64,000 bases of DNA from Callorhinchus milii. Lineage: Eukaryota. The stretch lies in assembly GCF_018977255.1 (NCBI RefSeq), contig NW_024704842.1, positions 62,001 through 126,000 on the forward strand. Reading direction: 5' to 3'. A program made the position numbers and the translations under genes. Within the stretch, counting starts at the first letter, position 1. Each line of letters opens with the position of its first letter. Below are positions 1 through 13,179 of this stretch, piece by piece. The notes below the pieces were generated by a model, which was not told the DNA's origin, did not search any database, and worked only from the letters and a program-made list of their open reading frames with translations.

Positions 1-3000
1 CACGTCACAAGCCCCACAATGTCACAGCCCCACAGGATCAGCCACCCACCCACGGTACAGAGACGCCTCAGAGGACAGTCCCTCCACAGAGCACCCAACC
101 CGACACAGCGCGATGGATGGACAGCCGAACTCCAAACGTACAGCACCCTACCAGTCACAGTCCATTCCCAGGGCACAGTCCCCAACTGTCACAACCCCAT
201 TCCGACACAGGCATCTCCCGGAAACAGCTGCTGCCCCAGAGCACAGCTGCCATCCAAGGTACAGCCTCCCCAACGTGCACAGCCTCCTCCAGGGCAAAAG
301 CCCTCCACGCCGTTTTGCTCAAACCCCTTGTATCCTTACTCATCCTGTGTACAACAACCCTTTGCTCACCCAACCTGTTTACACACCCATCGGTTTACAC
401 CTTTGTGTTCCCACCCATACTCACCCCATACTCCCCGCGTATGCACAAACCCCAGGTGCTCCCCGTCTATTCGTAACACCCCCGCGCTCCCCATGTTCTT
501 TATCCAAAATTTTGCTCGTGATCCACTGTGCTCTTCACTCCGGTTGTCATCCTCTACTTGTGCTCACCATCTATTATTACGCCCTGTGCTAATCATGTGC
601 GCTCCCTCCCTCTGTTCCTCCCATTCTGATACCTCCATGTGCTCCCCGATGTGCTCAGACCCCTGAGCTCAAAACCTCGGTGCTCAACACCTCTGGCCAA
701 ATTCTCCCAATATGCTATCCCCAGAAACGCGTCCATTTTACACCCCGTGTTTAACCAAACCAGAGTGATCACCACCTTCCCTGTGCTCATCCACTCCTCT
801 GCTCAGCTCACGAGACTCACATCTTCGTCCTAAACCCGCTTGTTTTCCTCACGTGCTAAACCCAAATCATTCTCATTCCGTGTGCTTAAACCCCCTTTGC
901 TCGACACACCTGTTCTCAACGCATGTGTTACCCTTCATGTGCTCAGCCCTTTGTGCTCACTGATACTCAACTCAACCCTCCGTACTCACCCCATTGTGCT
1001 CATCCCCGAAAGTGCTCACACCATTTGCTCACCCCTTGTGCTCCACCCCTGTGATGTCCAATGTGCTTACCGACCCTGTGTTCAACCAAATCCTGTACTC
1101 AAATCCCCGGTGTTTACCTCTACTGTGCTCATTACAAGCCCCGTGGTCACCACCGGGCCCAACGCGCATCCACCGTATGCTAATCCCTCCTCTATGCTCA
1201 CTCCTACTGTACTCAGCCCATTGTTTTCTAACCCCATGTTGCACCCCTTTGTGCTAACCACGTCCCAACTGTTCTCACCTAACTCCGAGCGCTCAATGCT
1301 CCTGTGCTGACCCCAAATATGTTCAACTCCTATGCTACACCTCTATCTACTTAGTCCCTGTGCTCACCCACCCTGCACACTCCCCCCTATACTCTGCCCC
1401 TTGTAGTCGTCCCCTGTGCTCAGCCGCCTGTGCTCAACACTGCCCACAAACAGTGCTCACCCCACCAAACGACCCACTCGGAAAACGACCTGATGATGAT
1501 CGACAGATTTGTTTAACTAAGCAGATAACGCAGACAACATAAGTTTGCGACCTGCATTTATGTCCCTAGGGCAATGAGCGTGAACCCACTCCTTCCCACC
1601 AACCCGTCCACACCAGATTTAATAATAATACACTGACATATTGCGGGTTACAAACTTTTATCGGAATTTCCCTAATTCTAATTCCTAATGAGACATTGAA
1701 ATTCATCAGACAATGAATTAATTACCTGAGCAGATGACGCCGGCATCAGAGGAGTGTGACCAATAATAGTGACGCCAGGTCGCTGCGGAACAATATCTTA
1801 GAGCATACTCACTCCCTTTGCACCGAACATTATACGTTATAATGTGACCAGAGCCCATCCCAAAGTGAGCGTCTCCTGAGGCTGACAGCGCGGCTCCACA
1901 GCCCAACTCCTTACACACCACAGCCGCGTCCAGCATATCCCAACCAGAGTCACCAGAGCCAGAGCCATCCACTGTGCCCCATTGTCCATCGTGGTAAACC
2001 TCCACTGTCCCGGCACATCGGCTGCCGCCATTCACCAGCCTCACACTCTCTGTAAAACACCATACGCAACATTGAGAGTCCGTTTCGTTTTGACTTCCAG
2101 TCACTCAGGATAATACAATATAATGTACATGTACAGAAAATCTGTCACATTGGGAGGATGTTTGGCGTTAAAAAAATACAACAACAATAATAATCATTGT
2201 ATTGGTTGCAGTGTTTGCTGGCTGTACACGACCCAGGTGTCACCATAAGAGTAACAGGTTATTGCAGTACCAGCTGTACATGTTGCAGCTCCGTTTGCAG
2301 ATAAAGGATAGTGATATTATACTTTATCTTATTATGCTCTACATTATTATACTGATATTGGATTATTTTACATCATATTGGACTGTTATACTTTATATTA
2401 AACTATTCTAGTTGGTATTAGAATACTATACTCTATGTTAGATTATTAAACTTTATATTTAGATTTACGGTCAGGGCACAATTTTACACAAGTTTCCTCT
2501 ATCCACATGTTTCTGTTTATCTAGCAGTCAGTGGGAACCCAGCAGTCAATTGGCGTTTCTTTTCTGGGGATAAGAATCCCTTAAAAAAAATGTAATTTGG
2601 TCACTCAATCCATGAATCTTTGTGAGACACCACTGTGTGCGATTGGCTGCCGTATATCTCCAGCAAAGCAAGCAGCTGTTTCATATTGCAGTATATTCTG
2701 TGAAGCATTTTGGGACCCGATAAGGCTCTAAGACAAATCCATGGATTATTATTATTATTATCATAGTTTATATTAGATTACTACAATACGTATTTCATTA
2801 TTAAACGTTGTATTATATATTTTATTCTTCTACTTTATATACGATAGGAGATTCCACCCAAAATATGGCCATGGTTTACTGCTTTGTTACTTTATACATT
2901 AGTGTACATCCCTCAGAGCAGACTCGCTCACTCTGTACTGAACACCATACTTCAGAATGAAGCTTGGTCGATTTGGAAGGTATTCAAAAGCTAACTGGAC

Positions 3001-5104
3001 ATGGAGAAGGAATGGGCAAGGCACAGGGGTTTAGGAGCAGTAATAATATTCCCACAGCAACATTTGATTGTTAGATTGTGTCACTAACCTGCAGATTCCA
3101 CAGACTTTCTCTCCAGAAGTATTACTGTACAAGGGAAAGAAAGATCAAGGCAGGAATTATTAATAAAATAATTCACTCAAAAATCTGCCGTCACATAATC
3201 GTTCCTTGACTACAGGCAGCCGCTCAAGTTCGCCATCAAAAAGATCATGAGTGGGGGAGCGAACACCAGCGCAAATACAATCGGGAAAAAGCGGACAGGG
3301 ATTGGGATTATTGTAGAGCGCTCCAGTGGGGGAGCGAACACCATCACAGACACAATGGAGAGAGCGCACAATAGGACTGAACAAAGATAACTTTCACAGA
3401 CTGACAAGCACACGGTTGGGCTGAACGGCATTTTCTGCGAAAGAAAAAAACACAAATTACTGCAGATGCTGGATATCAGACAACAAAAACAAAAGTCGTT
3501 GGGCACATTCAGCAGTTGAGGCAGCAGATCATACGAAGGTTAGAGGAAACGAAACGTTGACTGTCTTTCTTTTCTCCTTAGACGTTGCCTGACATGCAGA
3601 GTGTTCCAAGCGACTTCTGATTTTTGTTTTCTGAGCAAGGGCCGTTTGTGTTTCTGTTTCTCTTTCGAGGCTTGGAGTAGAAGCGATTTGCTGACCACTC
3701 ACAAACTGAGAAATATATGTTTAACAGACAGAGCAGATTGTGTCTCTCTTTCTGTATGAAGTGTGCTTACTGGCTGTTGTTTTTCCTGGTAGCTCCTGTC
3801 CCGTTTCCCAACAATAACAACTTGCATTTTGGCATCTTGCATTTATAAAGCAATACATATGCGTTAATGAGGGAAAGCATAGAAATGACTTTCTCTCCTC
3901 ACTGTCCCCTTTCTTCTTTCTTAGCTTTTGCACTCGACCCTCCCGCCTCTCCAAAACCAACAAAAAATTAAGGAGCCTGGAGGGCAAAGACAACTAAGGT
4001 GATCGGACGCACGTTCAAAGGGAAGAGTGTTCAGATTTATGTTAAAGGAAGCAAGGAAAGGTTGAGAGCGTGGGACTGCAGAATGTATTCCCATTGCATG
4101 GTGAGAGAGTGGCTAAATGCTCGCCCGTCAATGTGGGGCTGTGAGGTGGGAGACATGAAGGAGGGGTGAGTGAGGACATGGCGGGCTTTCAAGGTGAGTA
4201 ACAGGATCGTGAACTGTATCCAAGGATGGGGATGATACGGTCACAGAGACTGGTGGAGGAGATGACACCAGCTGCAGGTTTCTGGGTGATCTGCAGCCGA
4301 CACAGGGAGTATTTAGTCAGGCGGACAAGCAGAGGGAATGCGTACAGAATCGTGGATCTTATAAAAGCATGTTATGGAAGCATGTATGAGGGTTCCGGCA
4401 GCCTGCCGTGTGAAACAGTGGCGGGCCGGTTAATATTGCGGAAATGGGGGAAGGCAGAGCGGGTTTGGGATACAAAGAATATTTGAGGATCAAAAAAGAC
4501 GCCTCTCACTCTTTTCTCCTTTCTAACTCTCTGGCTGGCACGACTCTCCGAATGGGATGTAATCACAAATAATAATTCTTGCATTTGATATAGCGCTTTG
4601 ATGTCTTCGAGACATGTCTAACGTGAATTCACCGTATATTTGTGGGCGAAGTGCGGTTGGCAATTGCACATAGCCGTGTCCTGCAAACATTCGGTGATTG
4701 AAAATGAGCAATAAAGTATTGTTTTGTTTAGGAGAGATTATTATGAGGCGCATAGTGTAGAATTTGCCCAACGGATCGCCCTGCCTGGAAAAGGACCAAA
4801 GTGTCTCGCTTGCAAGGCGATTGCTCTAACCACAGAGCGACAGAACCCCACTTTACGGTGCATTCCCACAAATATTCGAGCATTGAAACGGTACTCACCG
4901 AAAATAAGAAACAATGATTCCATTTCGAGAATGAGGAGGAGCTCGAGTGAAGTACGGAACCTAGCGTTTGTGTCCGACGGGGAGGGATCTCTGCAGAATT
5001 AAATCACACGGAGTAATTCTCAGGAGAAGCTTTTGACAGTGTCACCCTGCTCTGTGATCACCAAACATCCACTTCTCTGTTACACTTACATCGAAAGCTG
5101 TTGT
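1..5104 (+). repeat. Segmental duplication arm, paralogous to 58827-64000
   Basis: Colinear near-identity throughout, visible as duplicated ORFs (19..666 vs 58821..59441, 113..592 vs 58939..59418, 4741..4923 vs 63630..63812); offset about 58.8 kb. Confidence 0.95.
1726..4923 (-). CDS. Paralogous SRCR-Ig receptor gene (copy A), 5' part only: exons 4923-4899, 3124-3089, 2049-1726 (SRCR1); continues off the left edge
   Basis: Same three exons, sizes (25/36/324 nt) and splice sites as copy B; open frame MESLFLIFVILLERKSVESAESVRLVNGG...DAGVICS. Confidence 0.85.
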
Positions 5105-5317
5105 GACACACACACTGAGAAACAGTCTGACACACACACACACCAATACAGAAAGACTGAGCTGTGATAGACACACAAACAAACATACACACTAAGAGAG
5201 GAACACGAACTTTGACTTACAGATGTATATTTAGCGACGTTTAGAGATGGAATCAGAGACTACGACTCTCTCTTTCTCTCTCCGCAGAACGAACACGACC
5301 TGTGGTGTCCTTCACAG

Positions 5318-5587
5318 GAATTATTGCAACACTTGCACAGAAACCGTCAGCGTGAACCTGATTCTCAGAAACTGCAGAATGTTATTTGAGTGCTGTGAAT
5401 AAAGATCCGATTGGGAGCTGTGAACTGAGCTGGACACCCAGCCCTGAGTATTTTGTGGAATGAAGAAGTGGGTGCTTCCTGGTGTCACATTGTACACTTC
5501 TCCATTGCTGTGTGCACAATTCTGCTTATTTGCGTTCCTCTGCAACTACACAGTCACAGCATATTACATTGATTCGCGTGAAAAACT
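5318..5587 (+). pseudogene. Heavily decayed TCR V-segment relic with 23-RSS
   Basis: CACAGTC (5549-5555), 23-nt spacer, TGAAAAACT (5579-5587). It is preceded by AAT TCT GCT TAT TTG CGT TCC (resembling DSAxYLCA), by CTL, and by W..SPEYFV remnants. Multiple stops and deletions. Confidence 0.5.
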
Positions 5588-5814
5588 ATGGAAGGATTGC
5601 ACGCAGCAATGAATCCTGGTGTCAAATGTAGCAGTACATAGACAGGAGAAACCAAACATTTACGCTCTCAGTTTAGCTTCTTTGGCGTATTTCCTACTTC
5701 CTCTCTTCAGTTGCTCACATTTTATCTTTTCTTGCGACATCCTTCTTTCCTTCCCCGCAGTATTTCAGGGCATCGATTGCTGATTAATGCCATGCATAAA
5801 TCAGCGTAGATTTA

Positions 5815-6282
5815 TTGAGGTATTACCAGAGATCAAGGGGATAAGTTACGAGCGTATGCAGAACAATTTGGGCCTATATTCTCTAGAATAAAGGAGAATA
5901 TGAGAGGAGCTTATAGAATCATATAAGACCATCAAAGGGCATGATAGAATAAATATTGGGAGATTGTTTCCCCTTGTTGGATAAAACACCAGAAGTCACA
6001 TCCTTAAAATCGGAGGCCAGCCCTTTCGCACTGAGTTGGGGAAGAACTTCTTCATTCAAAGTGTTGTGAATGTATGGAACTCACTACCCCAAATGGCTGT
6101 TAACGCTCAGTCCTTGAACACATTCAAGACTCAGATAGATAGATTTCTTTTTGTAAAAGGGATTAAGGGATGTGGGGACAAGGCAGGGTCAGGTTATTAG
6201 CTGGAGTTAGATTAGAAGATCAGCGATGATTGAATGGCGGGGCAGGTCCGAAGGTGCTAATGGCCTAGTCCTGCTCCTACAT
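5815..6282 (+). mobile_element. CR1 LINE 3' fragment
   Basis: Typical CR1 end: TTGTGAATGTATGGAACTCACTACC..TCAAGACTCAGATAGATAGATTT..ATTGAATGGCGGGGCAGG..GGCCTAGTCCTGCTCCT. Confidence 0.8.
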
Positions 6283-6517
6283 GTTGTGTTATGTCTCCAT
6301 CCATCGGTTACACTCACAATATCTGTCACACACACATTGTTTCTCTCAGAATCTCAGTCTCTCTCCATCTGTGAATACCAAAGCTTCTTTAAAACACAAA
6401 CTGTGACTCTAAAACACTCTCTGTCTCTCTCTCACAATCCCAAGCAGAATCTCCCTCTATAGCTCTCAAACTCTAACACAAAGTATTGTTCCCTCACACT
6501 ATAAGTCTGTCTTACAA

Positions 6518-6560
<43 letters not shown>

Positions 6561-6569
6561 ACAGTTATG

Positions 6570-9500
6570 CATATACAGACCAGATCAATTTAAGGCGTAT
6601 GCAAGGGTCAATATTGGATATTTTGTAAAAGGCAAAAGATGATGTGTAGTTGAACCACTGTCATGGTGTTAACTTTGCAACTTTACCGGATATGAAGCAC
6701 AAACCACGCAGCACCTCCCAGCGAAAAGATCTCAAACATTTAACTGAAAAAGGAAAAAACTACTAAACGGAACAACACAATTTCTTTAGCGGTGTTTTGT
6801 ATCTTTATTTCTCTGGACAGTAAACTAGTCTGAAGTCTCAAAGCTACCCTACTTGCTGGTCCCTACAGTTCTATAATGCACAATATATGCTTAATTTAGA
6901 GTTCTCAGCCCTGCTGTCTTGTCAGCTTTTGAGATATTAGAATCAGATAAGGAAGCCAGTCTCCACTCTGCAACACCTCGTTTGACCACTTGCACTGCCA
7001 ATAGTTCTGTCTTTCAAGCTGTAAGTTTAATACAATATAATTCAACTGACATTTCCATAGCGACCTTCACTTCAGAGGTGCTGCTGTTTGTGAAAATTAA
7101 TGTAATTCATGTGAAGTCTGATGGTAACATTGCTCACAACCTCAGTAGCACTCACAAACATTAGTTATCTCACACACTCTCTCACACAATCTCACACTGT
7201 GTAGATCACACTCTCAGTCTCAGTCTCTCTATCTCCATCCGTGTCTCTGAAACTCCGAGTCTCCCTCCAATGTTACTTCCTCAGTACACTCTCAGCCTCA
7301 TTCTCCCTATCTCCATCTGTGTCTCTGAAACTCTGAGTCTCCCTCCATCTGTTACTCTCTAAATATCTATCACACACACATTGTGTCTCTCACACTCCCA
7401 GTCTCTCTCTGTCTGCGTCTCTCATCAGTCTCTGAAACACACACAATGTGACTCATACTCTGTCTCTCTCTCTCACACGCCCATCTCAATATCTCTCTGT
7501 ATCTCTCATACTCTCACTCACTCTCCCATATTTTCCCTCACACTATCAGTCCGTCTTACAAAATGTGTCTATCTGAACCTTACTCTCTCTATATATCCCC
7601 TCAGCCTCTCTCTCTCTGTCCCCAAACTTAGTCTCCAAGATGAGAGGGTAAATTGAGGTTCAATATGTGCAGTGTTGAAGACAAATGTTAAAGGTCCCGA
7701 GACACTATTTGGAAAAGAATAAGAAATGTCTCCTTATGTTAAATTCCAGCTCAAATTAAGCCATATGAAAATGAGACATGGTGTCAATTGTCAAAAGCTG
7801 ATGTGTAGCTGAACCACTGCCATGGTGTTAGCACAGCAACTTTACCGGATATTAAGCACGAACCACAGGATATCTCCCAGCAAAGAGGGCTCAAACATTT
7901 AACTGGAAAATGATTAAAAAAATAAACGGAACAGCAGCATTTTTTCGCTGTGTTTTGTATCTGTATTTTTCTGGAGAGTAAACTCGTCTGATATCTCAAA
8001 TGTGCCCAACTAGCTCGTCCCCACAGCTCCATAATACACAATATTCGCTTAATTGAGAGTTCTCAGCCCTGCTGTATTGACGGCATTTGAGACCATTACT
8101 ATCACATAAGAAATCCAGTCTCCACTATGTAACACCTCCGTTGACCGCTTAGGAAGCCTATATTTCTGTCTTTCCAGCTGCAAGTTTAATACAATATATT
8201 ACAAATTACATTCGCGTGGCTCCTTTCACTTAGGGAGTTCAGCTTTTTGTGCAAATTAATGTAATTCATGTGAAATCTTATGGTCACATTGCTCACATTC
8301 TGTCTCTCTCACACACAACTGTGTATCTCACGCACTCTCTCACACTCTGAAACACTGTGCAGCTCACATTGTCAGTCCCTCTATGTCCACACTCTCAATC
8401 TCCCTCCATCTGTTTCGTTCAAATTTACTGACACACACATCTCTCACATTTCCTCTCACAATTTCTTTCTCTACCTCCCAATCTCACTCACTCTCTGTAT
8501 CTCTCACACTATCTCTCTCTCTATCTCTATGTGTCTTTCACACTACCAGTCTGTCTTTCAAATTTTGTGTCTCAGAATCTTAGTCTCTCTCTCTCTCTCT
8601 CTCCGACTCTCTATTTTAGACTCTTAGATTAGAAGATAAATTCAGGTTCAGTTTGTGCTGTATCGAAGACAAATAGTAAAGGTATGGAGATGCCATTGGG
8701 AAATCGAAGTGTATTTCTCCAGATGTTAGGTTCCAGGCGAGCTCAACTTAATGTGTAAGGAAGTGTTAATATTGGAAACAGTGTCAAATAACAAAGGCTG
8801 GTGTGTGGCTGAAACACTTTCGTGGTATTTGCTTAGCATCTTTACCGGACATAAATCACAACCACACAACAAAAAGTGCTAAAATGTTTAATTGCAAATT
8901 GAAAATACAACTAAACAGAGCAGCAGATTTTTTTTAACGGAGTTTTGACTCGAAACTTCTCCGGACAGTAAACTCGATTGAAATCTCAATAATGCGTTTG
9001 AATAATAATAACAATAATAATAGCAATAATATTATGTGCATTTCATGTAACGCCTCTTCACGTCGTCGAGACATTTCAGAGACATATTCAATATTTCAGA
9101 CAAAACGTTATTCAGAATCAAAGTTCATTTGCGCCAGAGAATGAGAAGGTGGCACTTGGAAGGCAATATTTTAATCAGTAGAATAAGCACAACAAATGAG
9201 CAACTCTTTCCTTTCTACACCACGAACATTCCCTGAGCAAAAACAGTTTTTTTCCACTTCCAACATATTGATCGCCTCAATCCATTCCTCATATCCACAG
9301 CAGCCAAAATGCTCATGCATGCCTTCATAAATTACCGGCTGGACTAAATCCTGCTCGCTGGTCTCTCCAGCTCCAACATACACAAAATGTAATTGAAACA
9401 AATCTCAGCTGCCCGTTTTTGACCAGTTTTAAAACGGAGAGAATCTACAACTGGGCCACAGAGCATGAGAGAGTTGGTTTGTGTCTCAGAGCAAAATCCT

Positions 9501-11530
9501 GCAAACATAGAAAGTAAAGATAAGAGAGTTGCATTTTAATATCCAGAGCAGCTCAATTCAAGCTGCATGAAATGGATACTATTGGACATGTTGTCAAATG
9601 GAAAAAGCTGATGTATAGCTGAACCTCTGTCATGGTGTTAGCTTAGCAGAGGTACCGGATATCAAGCACAAACCGCACAAAACGTCCTACAAAAAGTGCT
9701 CAAACATTCAAATGCAAAACGGAAAGTGACTAAACAGAAATACAGAATTTCTTCAGCGGAATTTTTCTCTTTATGTCTTTGGACAGCAAACACACTTAGA
9801 ATCACAAATCTGCTTTTTAGCAACAGTGGTAACCATTGCATTTGCTTCAAGACTTCATCGAGAAGTTTCAGAGAAATATTCTATATTTCATACACGATGT
9901 TTTTCGGAATGAAAGTGCACTTATGCCAGAAAATGAAAAGGTAGCACATCAAACGCACAATTTTGATCAGAAAAATTTGGAAAACGGGTCAGCATTAGCA
10001 TTGTTTTCTTCCCCACATTCATTGCTAATCAGACCACTTTTTTCCACCTTTGCCACATTACCTGTCCCAATCCACACATCACATTCACAGCAGCCGAAAC
10101 ACTCACTGCCGACTGGAAGATTCCGTTGACCTTCTTTCTCGTCTCGTCACCAACACAATACACATTATTCGATTAGTTCAGAGTTCCCCAGACCTGCTGC
10201 CTTGTCTGCTTTTACAATCATTACAAACATTACAATCAGATAAGGAAGCTGCTCTCCAGCCTGCAAAACATCGGTTGACCGCAGTTGGAGCTAATATTTC
10301 TATATTTCAATGTGCAAGTTTAATAAACTATAAAAAAATTACATTTGTGTCGCGCTTTCACGTCGGAAGATTAGTTTTTTGTGCAAATTAGTGTAATTCA
10401 TTTGAAATTTGATGGTAGCATTGCTCACACTTCCAGTCTCTCTCACACACAAACACTTGACTCTCACACACTCTCTCACAATCTGATGCAGTGTGTCGCT
10501 CAAACTCTCAGTCTGTCTATTTCCATATGTGTCTCTGACACTCTCAGTCTCCCTCCATATGTTTCTCTCAAAGTCTGTATCACACACACACACCTTATCT
10601 CCCAAAGTCTCAGTCTCTCTCCATCTGTGTCTCTCAATTTCTCTGTCAAATACAATGTGCCTCTCTGTCACTCTCCCAATCTCCCTCTCCCTCTGTATCT
10701 CTGACACTACCACTCTCAATCTCCCCTTATGCGTCTCTCACACGGTAAGCCTCTCGCAAATTTAGTCGCACTCGCTCTCACACAAATTTATCGTCTGCTT
10801 ATCATGGGCTTTAAAATGAGAGGTACAATTGACCTTTATTTGTGTTGTGTTGAAGACAAGTGTTAAGAAGCCGAGACGTTATCAGGAAGTGAGAAGGGAA
10901 TTTCTCCAATTGTTATATTCCAGAGCAGCTAAATTTAAGTTGTACGAAAGGGTTAATAATGAACATGCTTTCAAATGGCAAAAGCTGATGCATAGCTGAA
11001 CCACTTTCATGATGTTAGCTGAGAAGCTTCTCTCACATTCTGCATCTCTCTCTCACACTCTCAAATGTCTCGCTCACCTTTTGTCTCTCTGAAGCTCTCT
11101 CTCTCTTTCTCTCTCTCTCTCTCTGTATCTCTTACATTATCTTTCTCTCTTACGTCCATTTTCTCTCACATTCTTAGTCTCTCTTTCTCTCTCTTTCTCG
11201 ATGTGATCTAAGACGCTGCGATAAACTCAGGTCCAGTTTATACCGTGTTCAGGACAGACCTTAAAGATCCAGTGATGCTATTTGGGAAAAAGAAGGGATT
11301 TTCTCCTGAGTCCAGATTAGCTCAATATTGTACATAGTATGAAACGGTAATGGGTGATATGTAGCTGAACTCTGTCAAGTTGTCAACTCAACAGCATTAC
11401 CGGATATAAAGCACAAACCACACAAACACCTCATGCGAAAAGGGCTCAAATATTTAACTGTAAAAGCGAGAAAAACATCTCAATTGAACAGCAGAAAACT
11501 GTATCGGGATGTTGTCTCTACATTTCTCTT
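6570..11530. repeat. Five to six diverged tandem copies of an unidentified module of about 0.9-1.2 kb, separated by CT/CA tracts
   Basis: The core AAAAGCTGATGTGTAGCTGAACCACTGTCATGGTGTT..TTACCGGATAT.AAGCACAAACCAC..AAAGGGCTCAAACATTTAACTG..CTCTGGACAGTAAA recurs near 6640, 7790, 8790, 9600, 10980 and 11350. Confidence 0.8.
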
Positions 11531-12094
11531 GATAGAATCCCGCATTAATCTTCCAATTTGCTCTTTAACAATAACAGTAATCTTTGCTTTGGATTTGGCG
11601 CCTTATCATGTCTTTTAGAAGTCTCAATGTGCTTCACGTGTTGTACTGTAAATTAATTGACTGTGTGTTTTCACGAGCGCTATATCAAATTCAAGGATTA
11701 TCATTATTATTTTAAAAACTCATCGTATTGATTCAGGAATTCACTGGGGGTACAGAGTTTTTTTGATACTGTATTATTTAGCAGATGATATAAATATTTG
11801 GTTCGTATTTATTATGGTTGTATATAGTCCATTGTGTTGTATGTACTATACAACATCAGGTTCCTCCTTTGTAAAGCCCTGGAACGTTGCCCAATGTGGA
11901 GTGCGCTTTAAAAACGCCACTTGTTTTATTTATTTATGCATAACAATAACCAAATTAATATAACAAGAATTATAAGAAGAAGAATAGCAACGAATACATC
12001 GCCCTCGTTCCACACTGGGCACCGTATCAGTGCGTAATAGTGACGGACACCAACTCCGAGTCGGGGGAATAATAACAACATTAATCATAATATC

Positions 12095-12470
12095 AGTTGG
12101 TGTGTCTCACGTCAATCACTCGTTACCAGTAAAAGAGTGGGCGTGTCTCACTTTCCTGTCAATCAACTGTTACCAGGGAGACAGTGGGCTGTCACACTTT
12201 CCTGTCAATCAACTTTTACCAGGGAGACAGTGGGCGTGATTCACTTTCCTGTCAATCAACAGTTAGAAGAGAGACTGTGGGTGTGTCTCTCTTTCCTGTC
12301 AATCAACATTTACCAGAGAGTCTGTGGGCTTGTCTATCTATCCTGTCAATCACCAGTTACCAGGGAGACAGTGGGCGTGCCTCACTTTCCTGTCAATCAA
12401 CAGTTACCCGAGAGACTGTGGGCGTGTCTCTCTTTCCTGTCAATCACCAGTTACCAGGGAGAAAGTTGGC
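12095..12470. repeat. 47-bp tandem array, about 8 units
   Basis: Unit GTGGGCGTGTCTCACTTTCCTGTCAATCAACAGTTACCAGGGAGACA, starting at 12137, 12184, 12230, 12277, 12324 and so on. Confidence 0.92.
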
Positions 12471-12479
12471 GTATCATAC

Positions 12480-12780
12480 GCTGTCAAGCCAAGTAGCAGT
12501 TGCTTCGTTACGTGGGTGAGAGCCAGAGAAAGAGATACGTGCATACGTTACGTGAGGGGCAGCACAGTGTGTCGACCCGAGAGAGACTAACACAAAGCGG
12601 GGAAGCTGTGCCGTTCAATATGGCGGACCGAATTGGGGAGCAGTGAAGCGCAGATAGTCAAACACATGCACACACACACGCACACTGAGGCGGGTAGACT
12701 TGCGGACGACACCGTGTATGCAGTCTGCCTGTCTCCCTACGTCACGTACGTGGTGTCGTTAGCGGTGACGTTGTATAATA
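12480..12780. promoter_or_regulatory. CpG-rich promoter-like segment after the 47-bp array
   Basis: AATATGGCGG (YY1-like), repeated TTACGT/TACGTCA/TGACGT (ATF/CRE-like) and elevated CpG. Confidence 0.35.
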
Positions 12781-13179
12781 ATTATAATAATCACAATAAT
12801 AATAATGGGCATTTTATACAGCCCCTCATCACGCCTTCGAGACGTCCCAGTGCTGGATACAATGTAAGGCGAAGTCCGTATATATACAGCCGTAGCTTAA
12901 GAGCGATCGAATTACTAAGATTTTTACAAACAATTGCAAGGTCTATTACCCTCGGAAAAGTGATGCCAATAGACTGCCAGGCAGGTGCCTACTGAGAGAA
13001 GGTAAACAAAGGCTGGGGGAGAAGTGGCGATACAGGAATGACTGGGAGGGCAGCAGACTGACAGCAGGGCTGACCTTTCCGAAGCTGGGCAGTTTTGGAA
13101 AGAGTTTTGGGGATGTCTCTGAGAGTCTGTGAGAGTGTATGAATGGGTGAGTGTGATTAATACAACACCATGCAGCACT

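Noticed and set aside
19-1542. ORFs of up to 215 aa duplicated at 58821-60367
   Set aside because: They are low-complexity C-rich intron sequence, conserved only because of the recent segmental duplication.
12095-12470. CRISPR array
   Set aside because: Units are contiguous 47-bp copies with no unique spacers.
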